The notes beneath the pieces are model-generated. The model did no database searches. It worked only from the letters and a program-made list of their open reading frames with translations, and was not told the DNA's origin. The position numbers were made by a program, and so were the translations under genes. This document shows, piece after piece, positions 1-8,942 of a stretch of 64,000 bases of DNA. Source of the stretch: Candidatus Krumholzibacteriota bacterium (lineage in GTDB: Bacteria > Krumholzibacteriota > Krumholzibacteriia > JAJRXK01). How positions within the stretch are numbered: position 1 is the first letter of the stretch; each line of letters opens with the position of its first letter. Where the stretch lies: positions 352,001 to 416,000 of the forward strand of contig CAVXTH010000006.1 in NCBI GenBank assembly GCA_963764625.1. Direction: 5' to 3'.

Positions 1-1
1 C

Positions 2-622
2 GAGGGGCAGGCCGGGCTCGGCTTGCTCAGCAGCAACGCCACTGGTTGCGTGTTCGATCCCAATGGGCGGCTGTGGGTGACCACTGCGGCCGGTCTCAAC
101 CGGCTCACCGTCCTCGAAAGCAAACTTCAGATCGGAGCGTGGACGACGGTCGACGCTTTTTCGACCTTCCAGCTCCAGCTCTCGGGATATCGGGGCGAGG
201 TGATTTCCCCCATGGCGGGCGCTGAACTGCAGAACATCGTGTTTGATCCCCAGCGGAACGAGATGATGATCGGGAGCACGGTCGGCGCGAGCCGGGTATC
301 CACTCAGCTCGATCTCCTGGCGGCTCCGCCGGAAGATCAACTCTCCTTCGTCATCTATCCCAATCCCTATCCCGGACGGGAGGGAGCCGACGAAGGCATC
401 TACCTGCGAGGCCTCGAAGGCTCGGGCCCCATCTTGGTGCAGGTCTTCGACCTGCAGGGCACCCTGATCACCGAGGACAATTTCACGAGCGACGAGCTGC
501 TGTCGCGTCCGGTCTGGGACGTGAAAGATCTGCAATTCAGGAATGCGGCCAGTGGCTTGTTCATCGTGCGCGCGAGTCGCGCCGGAGGGTCGGCCACCCA
601 AGTGCTCGCGGTGGAACGATGA
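2..622 (+). CDS. PorZ-like beta-propeller protein with C-terminal T9SS-CTD/FlgD Ig-like domain (5'-partial)
   Basis: Frame is open from the window edge. Propeller repeats (FDPNGRLWVTT..GLNR) and a C-terminal IYPNPY...VQVFDLQGTLI...WD......ASGLFIVR motif typical of PorZ and T9SS sorting domains. Confidence 0.65.
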   Translation, partial: EGQAGLGLLSSNATGCVFDPNGRLWVTTAAGLNRLTVLESKLQIGAWTTVDAFSTFQLQLSGYRGEVISPMAGAELQNIVFDPQRNEMMIGSTVGASRVSTQLDLLAAPPEDQLSFVIYPNPYPGREGADEGIYLRGLEGSGPILVQVFDLQGTLITEDNFTSDELLSRPVWDVKDLQFRNAASGLFIVRASRAGGSATQVLAVER

Positions 623-2040
623 AGCGAAGAGTACTCGTAATCGGTGCGGGTTCGGCTGGGCGGATGATCGCCGAAGAACTGAGCGAGAACGGCGAGGAAT
701 ACAACCGAGAGGTTACCGCATTCCTCGACGATGACCCCTCACTCTTGGGCCAGACGATTTTAGGCAAGAAAGTCGTCGGGACCAGCGACGAAGTCGAGCG
801 TTTCGTCCGCGAGCTCTCGATCGACGAAATCGTCATCGCCATCCCGTCCGGCCTGGGATCGGTCGTGCGTCGGCTGCTTTCCCTGGCTCAACGAGCTCGA
901 GTCCCGGTGAGAATCGTGCCCGGAGTGCGCGACATCATCGAGGGAACGGTGAGCTTCGAACAGGTGCGCGAGATCGCGCCCGAAGATCTGCTCGGCCGGG
1001 AAACCGTTTCTCTCGTGAAAGGCCCGATCCGGGAGGTGGTCGAGGGACACGAGGTGCTCATCACCGGCGCGGGGGGCAGCATCGGGAGTGAAATCTGCCG
1101 CCAGATCGTCGCGTTTCATCCTGCACGGATCTGGCTGCTGGGAAGGGGAGAGAACAGCCTCTTCGAAATCGAGGAAGAACTGCGTGAAGGCTTGGGGTAT
1201 CGGGACAGCCGTGCGGTGCTGGCAGACGTCCGCGACATGGAGCGCCTCAAGTTCCTCTCGGGGGAGATGAAACCCGATGTCATCCTCCATGCCGCAGCGC
1301 ACAAGCACGTTCCCTTCATGGAGGTCTATCCCGAGGAAGCGGTGATGGTCAACGTGGTGGGGACGGCCAATCTTTTGCGCTTTTGCGAGCTGGTCGGGGC
1401 CTCTCGATTCGTGATGCTCTCCACCGACAAGGCGGTGCATCCGCGGAGCGTGATGGGATCGACCAAACGCATCGCCGAGTTTCTCGTGCAGTCCGCCGCC
1501 AGGCGAAACCACACCCGCTACATGGCCGTGCGCTTCGGGAACGTCTTGGGCAGCCGGGGGAGCGTGGTGCCGATCTTCCAACGGCAGCTCCGGCGGGGCG
1601 GGCCGTTGACCGTCACCGACAAGAGAGCGAGCCGCTATTTCATGACCATCCGGGAAGCCGCGATGCTGGTGGTGCAGGCCATGGCGGGGGGACAGGGTGG
1701 AGAGATCTTCATCCTGGACATGGGCGAGGCGATCAAGATTTATGAACTGGCCCGCAACGTCATCGCTCTGGCCGGTCTGACTGAAGACGATGGGATCGAA
1801 ATCGTGGAAACCGGTCTTCGCCCGGGCGAGAAACTCGAAGAAGTCTATCTCGCCACGACCGAGACGACGGAACCCGGCCCTCATCCCCAGATTCTCAGCG
1901 CGCAGCCCGAGCTTCCTCCCGGATTTCAGCCCGAGGCCGTGGTGGAGGAACTGCGCTCTCTGGCAGTCGCCGGGGACCGAGACGGGATTCGCCGCTGCCT
2001 GGCATCGTGGATCCCCGATCACGACAGCGGCCATGAGTAG
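619..2040 (+). CDS. Polysaccharide biosynthesis protein, CapD/PglF-type NDP-sugar 4,6-dehydratase (no N-terminal TM region)
   Basis: RVLVIGAGSAG CoA-binding domain, EDLLGR, TGAGGSIGSE, HAAAHKHVP, STDKAV, RFGNVLGSRGSV and GLRPGEKL motifs. Confidence 0.9.
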   Translation: MKRRVLVIGAGSAGRMIAEELSENGEEYNREVTAFLDDDPSLLGQTILGKKVVGTSDEVERFVRELSIDEIVIAIPSGLGSVVRRLLSLAQRARVPVRIVPGVRDIIEGTVSFEQVREIAPEDLLGRETVSLVKGPIREVVEGHEVLITGAGGSIGSEICRQIVAFHPARIWLLGRGENSLFEIEEELREGLGYRDSRAVLADVRDMERLKFLSGEMKPDVILHAAAHKHVPFMEVYPEEAVMVNVVGTANLLRFCELVGASRFVMLSTDKAVHPRSVMGSTKRIAEFLVQSAARRNHTRYMAVRFGNVLGSRGSVVPIFQRQLRRGGPLTVTDKRASRYFMTIREAAMLVVQAMAGGQGGEIFILDMGEAIKIYELARNVIALAGLTEDDGIEIVETGLRPGEKLEEVYLATTETTEPGPHPQILSAQPELPPGFQPEAVVEELRSLAVAGDRDGIRRCLASWIPDHDSGHE

Positions 2041-2051
2041 AAGACGTTGAG

Positions 2052-3014
2052 ATGGGCCAGCACGGATACAGAATTCGCAGCAGGGACAGCGTGGACTCGG
2101 CGGAGTGGGACGAGCTCCTCGCGAGTGATGACCACTCGATGCTCTTTCACCGGCCAGCCTGGCTGACCCGTTTTGCCCGCCACTATCAGCGCAAACAAGC
2201 GCGCTGGCTCGAGCTGCGGGGGCCGGATGGTCAGCTCTTGGCGGGAATCCCGTTCGTGGTCACGCGGCGTCTGGGACTTCGCGCCATCGCCAGCGGGGTG
2301 GCCGGCACCTACGGGGGCCCCGTCTGCCGCGAGGGCGCACTGGAGGCGGGCCGCCAGATCTTGCGGCACTATCTGCGCGTGGGCGGCAAACGCTGCATCC
2401 TGCGCGAGATGATGTGGGGCCTCGAAACGCCTCCCCTCGGCGCCGAGGACGAGTTCGTTCCCATCGAAACCGCCATCCTCGACCTGTCCGAAGGTGCCGA
2501 GGGGTTCTGGTCAAAGTCGCTTACGCACAATCGGCGCAATGAATGCAATCGCAGCGCCAAACGAGGGCTCGTGATCCGGGAGACCCGTGACATCGAGGTC
2601 ATGCGTGCATTCTATCCGCTCTACGAGCAGCGGTGCCGCGAGTGGGGCAGAGCTCCGCACCCGCTGAACTTCCTCACCGAAGTGCTGGAAGAGGAGGAAT
2701 CGTCGCTGCTCATCGCCGGCGAGTACGAGGGCCGCGTGGTGGGGCTGCACATCTGCTTCGTCCTGGGCACGGAGTTCTTCGCCTGGTTGGGAACCAGCGA
2801 ACGGCTGCGCGAAGTCTTCCCCGCGACCATGATGGTAAAGGCGGGAGTGGAGGCCGCGGTCGCCCGCGGTTGCAAGCGCGTGAACCTGGGTAGCAGCTTG
2901 GGACTGCGGGGTGTGTCGGATTTCAAGAAACTGGTGGGCGCCGAGAGTTCGCGCCGCTGGCTCCTTCATCAAGAGGCAGGTTGGCTGCGACGCTTGAGGA
3001 GCAAGGCTAGATGA
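2052..3014 (+). CDS. GNAT-family (FemAB/CelD-BcsL-like) acetyltransferase-domain protein
   Basis: WDELL...LFHRPAWL, YGGP, RSAKRGL and NLG...GVSDFKKLVGA motifs of the tandem-GNAT FemAB-like family. Confidence 0.75.
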   Translation: MGQHGYRIRSRDSVDSAEWDELLASDDHSMLFHRPAWLTRFARHYQRKQARWLELRGPDGQLLAGIPFVVTRRLGLRAIASGVAGTYGGPVCREGALEAGRQILRHYLRVGGKRCILREMMWGLETPPLGAEDEFVPIETAILDLSEGAEGFWSKSLTHNRRNECNRSAKRGLVIRETRDIEVMRAFYPLYEQRCREWGRAPHPLNFLTEVLEEEESSLLIAGEYEGRVVGLHICFVLGTEFFAWLGTSERLREVFPATMMVKAGVEAAVARGCKRVNLGSSLGLRGVSDFKKLVGAESSRRWLLHQEAGWLRRLRSKAR

Positions 3015-4513
3015 ACATGGCGGCGAGCCGGGCCTCGTCTGCGAAGCGAGCGCTTGCGAGCGGAACCGCTCGCGTCGACCGGGTGGCGATGCTCCTGGGA
3101 CTTGGCGTGTACCTGGCGCAGGTTCCGCTCTATTGGAGCTACTTCACAGACGATTCCTACATCTATGCGCGCATGGCGCTCAATCTGGCTCAGCGGGGTC
3201 AGCTGGTCTTCAATCCGGGCGAGTGGGTCAACGCGGCGACCTCTCCGCTCTGGGCCCTTGTCGGAGCAGCCGGAGCCTGGGCGGGACTCGAGCCCTTGAT
3301 GGTCTACAAACTCCTGGGGTGGACCGCGGGCGCGCTCGCGGTCCTGCTTTTCACCCGCGCTGCCGGGCGGTGGCTGCCCTCACGCTCCTGGCGGATCCTG
3401 GCCTCACTGCTCTTCGCGGTGGAACCGTGGTTCGTGCGCTGGTCGGGCTCGGGTCTCGAGACCTCTCTGGGCGCCCTGGTCCTGGCGGCGGTGCTCGATC
3501 TCGCGGGTCGCCCGTCCCGCGAAATCCCGCGGGCGTGGCTGGGGCTGGTGCTGGGCCTGGGGGCCTTGGTGCGTCCGGAGCTGCTGCTCCTGGGGGCCCT
3601 TCTCGGCGCGCGCATCGTGTTCGAACCGGGGGGGAGAGGACGGATCCGTTTCGTGATCGCCTGGACTCTGCCCGTTCTCCTGTGGAGCGGCATCGCCTAC
3701 CATTTCTACGGGGCAGTAATTCCCGCCACCCTGCAGGCCAAGTCCACTCCCATCGGACTCCGCCCGCAGCGCTTTCTGCACAACCTGCGAACCCTGCTCG
3801 GTTTGATTCTGGTCGCGGTGCCTCTCTCGCTGGTGGGCGGACCCGTATTTCTCCGGCGCTTCCTGCGCCGTGAGAACCGCACCTGGCTGGAGCCGGTTCT
3901 GCTCCTCTGGCTACTTCTCTTGCCGGCGGCGTATCTGATCAAGGACGTCACTCTGGTCAGCCGTTACCTCGAGATCCTCTTGCCGGCTCTGCTCTATCTC
4001 TCGTTGAAGGGATTGGTTCCGCTACGCTGGCAAACGCTCGCCCGCGGGTTGGCCGGAATCGAAATCGTCGCAGCTCTCTGGCTCAGCGTTTTCTGGATCG
4101 CGCCCAGCATGCGCGCGTATTCCAGCAGTGCCCAAGTCACGCTGGGGCGAATCGGCGATTGGCTTCGCGAGAACACTCCCAAGGGCGATCGGGTCGCTAT
4201 CTACGACATTGGGCTCGTCGGCTACCGGAGCCAGCGAACCGTTCTCGACCTGGGTGGCCTGGTCCATCCCGGAATCAACCAGCTGCGGGACAAGGTGGAT
4301 GACGAGGTCATCCTCCGGCAGGGTCTCTTCCTGCGTTTCGGGACTCCGCAGTGGCTGGTGGACCGCCGGGATGCCCCCCGGTCTCTGGACGGCGAGGTCC
4401 TGGGCCACTGCCGGCTCGAGGCCATCCTCGACGGGGAAGTCTACAATCTGGGACTGACCCGTCCGGACCCCGTCTACTACACCCTCTATCGCCTCGTTCC
4501 CATCCGAGGCTGA
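3011..4513 (+). CDS. Polytopic membrane glycosyltransferase (GT-C fold)
   Basis: TDDSYIYARMALNLA, GEWVNAATSPLW, SGLET, VRPE and DIG.VGY...VLDLGGL motifs; many hydrophobic helices. Confidence 0.7.
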   Translation: MNMAASRASSAKRALASGTARVDRVAMLLGLGVYLAQVPLYWSYFTDDSYIYARMALNLAQRGQLVFNPGEWVNAATSPLWALVGAAGAWAGLEPLMVYKLLGWTAGALAVLLFTRAAGRWLPSRSWRILASLLFAVEPWFVRWSGSGLETSLGALVLAAVLDLAGRPSREIPRAWLGLVLGLGALVRPELLLLGALLGARIVFEPGGRGRIRFVIAWTLPVLLWSGIAYHFYGAVIPATLQAKSTPIGLRPQRFLHNLRTLLGLILVAVPLSLVGGPVFLRRFLRRENRTWLEPVLLLWLLLLPAAYLIKDVTLVSRYLEILLPALLYLSLKGLVPLRWQTLARGLAGIEIVAALWLSVFWIAPSMRAYSSSAQVTLGRIGDWLRENTPKGDRVAIYDIGLVGYRSQRTVLDLGGLVHPGINQLRDKVDDEVILRQGLFLRFGTPQWLVDRRDAPRSLDGEVLGHCRLEAILDGEVYNLGLTRPDPVYYTLYRLVPIRG

Positions 4514-4565
4514 GGGCCCCTCCGGAACTTCTCCCCGTCTTTTTTGCTTCGCGAGAGAATTCGGT

Positions 4566-4594
4566 TTGACACCGAATCGAGCCGGGTTCAATAT
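4566..4594 (+). promoter_or_regulatory. Sigma70-type promoter of the dcw operon
   Basis: TTGACA (4566-4571), 17-bp spacer, CAATAT (4589-4594), in an AT-rich region upstream of mraZ. Confidence 0.7.
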
Positions 4595-4603
4595 GGCTCT
4601 CGG

Positions 4604-4631
4604 TAGGGGGATAAATAGGGATGGATAGGGA
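4604..4631 (+). promoter_or_regulatory. Putative MraZ operator (three direct repeats, 10-bp period)
   Basis: GGGGGA (4606), TAGGGA (4616) and TAGGGA (4626) just downstream of the promoter, analogous to the phased TGGG/GTGG repeats bound by MraZ. Confidence 0.6.
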
Positions 4632-4685
4632 AAAATTCGCTAATCCATAGATAACAAAGCAAATATGAGATAAGTAAACGCCGAT

Positions 4686-5165
4686 ATGGACCCTCAGACG
4701 CCGCAAGCTGTTCCCAGTGCCCGCTTCCACGGCCGCTTCCGTCAGAAGATCGACGAGAAGGGACGGGTCAGCTTGCCGGCGCTCTTCCGCCGGGCCATCC
4801 CCCGCGAGGGAAGCGAGGACAACGGGACCCTGATCCTCATCAAGGGGCCCGAGGGCTATCTCCAGGCGTTCTCGGTGCAGGAGTGGGAGGAACGCATCGA
4901 GCGCCTCAATGCCGCGTCGACCGCCAAGGGGGCAGAGGCCCGCTGGCGCAGGCGCGCGCTCTTCGGCTCGGTGGTGCCGTTGAGTCTAGACGACAAGGGC
5001 CGGTGCACGATCCCGCGCCAGCTGCTCGAGGAAGTCGGGATAGGGCATGAGTGTCTGATCCTGGGTGTGGACCGTGCGATCGAGATCTGGGATCCCGCGC
5101 GCTTCTTCGAACTGGAAGCGGCGCAGCACCTGGATCTCAGCGACGTGGAAGACATCCTCTTCTAG
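4686..5165 (+). CDS. mraZ: Division/cell wall cluster transcriptional repressor MraZ
   Basis: Two AbrB-like repeats (IDEKGRVSLPALFR; LDDKGRCTIP), IEIWD motif, first gene of the dcw cluster. Confidence 0.95.
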   Translation: MDPQTPQAVPSARFHGRFRQKIDEKGRVSLPALFRRAIPREGSEDNGTLILIKGPEGYLQAFSVQEWEERIERLNAASTAKGAEARWRRRALFGSVVPLSLDDKGRCTIPRQLLEEVGIGHECLILGVDRAIEIWDPARFFELEAAQHLDLSDVEDILF

Positions 5166-5170
5166 TGGAG

Positions 5171-5662
5171 ATGAACGAAGCGATGAAGCCAGTCGGAACC
5201 AAGGCACGAGCGCCCCGAACCAAGAAGCATGCCCCCACGCGCGGCTCGTGGGGTGGCTTCGTCATTTTGCCCCGCGCCGACGGCGTGTTGCACGTGCGGC
5301 TCACGGGACTCTTGAGCCCCGAGAGAATCCAGGAGCTGAGGGCGAGCCTGCGCGCGTACCGGCGCGAGGCGAGCCTTACGAGCTTCGTGCTCCTGGACGC
5401 GACACACGTGATTCAATTCTCCGCGGAAATCGCCCAGCAGTTGCTGCAGGAAGAGTATCGCTGGAGGAGCGAAGGGATCGTGACCCTCTGGCTTGGTCTC
5501 TCGCTCTACATGGCCAACTTGCTCGTGCTGGTAGGATCGGATCATCACATTTCCCTGCTTTCGGATCTCGAGACGGCACTGGTCGCGGTCGACTCAGTCG
5601 CGAATCTGCCTTCCACGGCGGCGCGCGCGAGACTCCAGGCGTGGGACATCATGCGGCACTGA
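5171..5662 (+). CDS. STAS-like domain protein
   Basis: VLHVRLTGLL...VLLDATHV.....G.V..L.GLS...LL.L.G.....SDLETAL follows the STAS pattern. Fills the mraZ-rsmH gap; start could be 5171 or 5183. Confidence 0.6.
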   Translation: MNEAMKPVGTKARAPRTKKHAPTRGSWGGFVILPRADGVLHVRLTGLLSPERIQELRASLRAYRREASLTSFVLLDATHVIQFSAEIAQQLLQEEYRWRSEGIVTLWLGLSLYMANLLVLVGSDHHISLLSDLETALVAVDSVANLPSTAARARLQAWDIMRH

Positions 5663-5667
5663 GCTCC

Positions 5668-6585
5668 ATGAACACCCACCATCAGCCGGTGATGCTCACG
5701 GAGGCACTCGAACTCCTTCTCCCCACACCCGGCAAGGTGGTGGTGGATATGACTCTGGGCGGTGGCGGTTACAGCGCTGCGTGTCTGGAGGCGGGGGCCC
5801 GCGTGATCGGGCTCGACCGGGACTTGAAAGCGATCGCAGGCGCGTCGGCGCGCTTCTCCTCCCACGGCGATCGGTTCATCGTTCGACACACTGCATTTTC
5901 GAATTTCGGTGCAGTGTTGGATGAGTTGGGACTCGCACACGTGGACGGCATCTGCATGGATCTGGGACTCAGCAGCGATCAGCTCGAGGATTCCAGCCGG
6001 GGCTTCAGCCATCAGGCCCAGGGGTCCTTCGATCTGCGCTTTGATCCTTCGCGTGGACTCTCCGCGGCGGAGCATCTGCGCCGTGCGTCGATGCCGCAGA
6101 TCCAATCGTGGCTCAGCGAGTTCGGCGAAGTCCGCGTGGCGGGTCGCGTCGCGCGCGTTCTCTTCGAGCTCGCTCGCGAGGAGGGCTCCCTCACCGCCTC
6201 GCGGGTCAGAGAGCGGATCCTGACCGTGCTTCCGCGCGGCAAGAACCCCGAAGGGGAGCTCGCGCGCGTCTTTCAGGCCTTCCGCATCCTGGTGAACGAC
6301 GAACTGACAGAGCTCGAGACTGCGCTCGAGGACATTCCCTCGCGTTTGCGTTCTGGCGGTCGCTTTGTGGTGGTGAGCTACCACAGCCTCGAAGATCGGC
6401 AAGTGAAGACGATGCTGCGCCGGGAATCCAGAGGGACGGCGGGCTCCCGGCACCTGCCTTCGGTCCAGAAGGAAACGCCCCGGCTTCGAGTGCTTACACC
6501 TCGGCCCATGCGGCCGACCGCGAGCGAGGTCCAGAGGAACCCTCGGGCCCGTTCTGCGCGCTTGCGCGCAGGGGAGCGTCTGTGA
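5668..6585 (+). CDS. rsmH: 16S rRNA m4C1402 methyltransferase RsmH (MraW)
   Basis: HQPVML.E, D.TLGGGGYS, DLGLSSDQL...RGFS, FQAFRILVNDEL, SYHSLEDR and NPRARSARLR motifs. Confidence 0.95.
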   Translation: MNTHHQPVMLTEALELLLPTPGKVVVDMTLGGGGYSAACLEAGARVIGLDRDLKAIAGASARFSSHGDRFIVRHTAFSNFGAVLDELGLAHVDGICMDLGLSSDQLEDSSRGFSHQAQGSFDLRFDPSRGLSAAEHLRRASMPQIQSWLSEFGEVRVAGRVARVLFELAREEGSLTASRVRERILTVLPRGKNPEGELARVFQAFRILVNDELTELETALEDIPSRLRSGGRFVVVSYHSLEDRQVKTMLRRESRGTAGSRHLPSVQKETPRLRVLTPRPMRPTASEVQRNPRARSARLRAGERL

Positions 6586-6998
6586 TGGGCGCCCGGCGAC
6601 GCACGCGTCCGCGCCGGCAGCGTTCGTTGGTGGCCTTGCGTTCCACTCTCATTCTGGTGGCGCTCCTCTCGGCCCTGTTCATGGCCTGCTGGGGAGCGAA
6701 TCGCGTCGAGTGTCTGGAGAGACAAAGGACCACGCTGCAGAGGGAGATCGAGTTCCAGGGTGACGAGTATCGCCGTCTGCTCTCGGCGTGGTTGCGGGCG
6801 ACGGATCGGGAAAGGATCGTCGGGCGGGCGAACCGGGAGCTGACTCTCCAGGAGCCTTCTTCCGATGACCGAACCATTTTGGTCCTTCCATCCACCGGCG
6901 AGGACGGCGCTCCCGCACACCCGCTGCTGGATCATCTGGCTCGCAGTCTCGACCGCTACGGTCAGATCGAGAGCGCGCAGGCGAAGGAGGGTCAATGA
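6585..6998 (+). CDS. ftsL: Cell division protein FtsL-like
   Basis: Basic N-terminus, single TM helix, coiled coil and RI...A.REL.L motif; lies between rsmH and ftsI. Confidence 0.7.
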   Translation: MGARRRTRPRRQRSLVALRSTLILVALLSALFMACWGANRVECLERQRTTLQREIEFQGDEYRRLLSAWLRATDRERIVGRANRELTLQEPSSDDRTILVLPSTGEDGAPAHPLLDHLARSLDRYGQIESAQAKEGQ

Positions 6999-8942
6999 AC
7001 CCTCGCTATTCTCGCGCCCGCTTTCTCACCTTCGCTTGCTTTCATTGCGTCGGCTCTCCTGTGCATCTTCGTGCGTCTGGCATGGGTGCAAATCATCGAT
7101 CACGGCCGGGCCCACCGCCAACTCACCGAGATGAGTCAAAACGTCGCGGAACTGCTTCCGCGACGAGGCAACATTCTCGACCGTCTCGGGTATCCCCTCG
7201 CCGTCACCGAAGCCTGCTACGAAGTAGGCGTGAGCCGTCCGGAGTACTGGAGCAGTCCTGAGAACTCCGAGCGTCTCGCCAAACTCCTGGGGATGTCGGC
7301 TCGCGAGATTCAGAAGAAGCTTCGCGGGCGTCATGGTCACACCTATTTGAATCGGAACGTCGTGCTCGCGCCCGAGCGGGTCGATGAGTTGCGTTGCCAG
7401 CCAGGCCTCTCGGTCGATGAAAGGCTAAAGCGTAGCTATCCGATGGATGGAGTCGCGGCGCGGCTTCTCGGTCGCGTCAATCGCTCCGGGCGTGGTGATG
7501 CCGGCATCGAGAGACTCTGCGATGAGATCTTGGCGGGACGCTCGGGCCGCGTCCTCTATCGCTACGACGCGGCCGCCGGCACGGCGCCGATCATGCGCCA
7601 AGTCCTCGTGCAACCTCTTCCCGGTCGCGACGTCACTCTCACTCTCGATCATCGGGTTCAGATGATTCTGGAGGAAGAGCTCGAAGTGACTCGACAGGAC
7701 GCCGGCGCGAGCTCGGTCATGGGAATCGTCATGGACCCGCGCGACGGGTCGGTCCTGGCCGCCGCTACTGCCCCCGGTATCGTCAGCCGGGAGAACAAGC
7801 CCTATCTCTCCAGCGAATGGCGCGACCCCCTGGTACTTGATGCCTTCGAACCGGGGTCATCGTTCAAACTCTTCACGGCCGCGTCTCTCTTGCGACACGC
7901 TCTATGCGACACCTCGGAGGTGTTCGATGGAGAGGGGCATCCGGGGGAATACCGTAGTAGCGCCGATCTCGGCGGCTTCACCTTCCACGACGTACACCCG
8001 GTCGGACTCGTCAGTCTCCGGGTAGCGTTCGTCGTCAGTTCGAACATCATCTTTGGAAAGGCCGCATCGCTTCTGCACCAAGACGAATTCGAAGCGGACC
8101 TGCGCCGTTTCGGTCTCGGGATGCCCACTGGGTGCGGACTGCCCGGGGAGAGCCCCGGCATTCTGAAAGATGTCGAGGATTGGTCCGGACGGACGCAGGC
8201 CACCATGGCCATCGGACAGGAGATCTCGGTCACTCTGCTTCAGATGGCAGCCGGGTACAGCGCTCTTCTCACCGACGGCACTCTCCGGGTCCCGCGCTTC
8301 GTCGCGAGCTGGCGTGACGAAGAGGGGCGAGAGCATCCGCTTCCCCCGCGGGTGGTCCGTGAGGACGTCGTCCCGCCGAAGGTCCCCAAGATTCTGCGCG
8401 ATCTCTGCCGCCAAGTGGTCGAGATGGACTATGGGAGTGGACGGGGCGCCAGGGTGGCGGGTCTGAGCGTGGGAGGCAAGACCGGTACGGCCCAGATCGC
8501 TCGTTCCGATGGCCGGGGCTACGAGCCCAACGCGTACATGGCGGATTTCATCGGAGTAGTTCCCGCCGAGGCCCCCCAGCTCTTGGTGGTGATCGTGGTG
8601 CAGCGTCCCAGCGTGGAACGGCGCTGGGGTGGAGACACCGCGGCGGCGTGCTTCTCACGCGTGGTGAGCAAAGTGCTCTCGGCCACGCGCCTGTTGGACT
8701 ACCGCCGTTCCGTCGTCGCCTCCGTGGACGAACAGGCCCCGGAATCTTCGGCCGCCATGCCTGAGCTCATCGGACTGTCCAAGCAGCGCGTCCGGGAATT
8801 CCTGGACCGCGCCGGATGCCGGCTTCTGAACGACGCTCCTTCTCCCGACTCGAGAGTGGTGGGGCAGATGCCTCAGCCTGGTTCGCCGGTTCTGCCTGGT
8901 GGCGTGGTGCGAGTGGCCTGGTCCCAAGGGAGCGGACAATGA
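6995..8942 (+). CDS. ftsI: Penicillin-binding protein 3 (FtsI) with C-terminal PASTA domain; +1 frameshift near 7040-7042
   Basis: RGNILDR, PGSSFK (SxxK), SSN and KTGT motifs. Removing one T from the run at 7040-7042 joins MNPRYSRARFLTFAC to the TM helix FIASALLCIFVRLAWVQ. Confidence 0.9.

Noticed and set aside
5065-5667. Long N-terminal extensions given by the ORF track for rsmH (also murF, murG, mglA, trpA)
   Set aside because: Homology starts at downstream ATG/GTG codons that overlap or follow upstream stops. The extensions overlap other genes or promoters.
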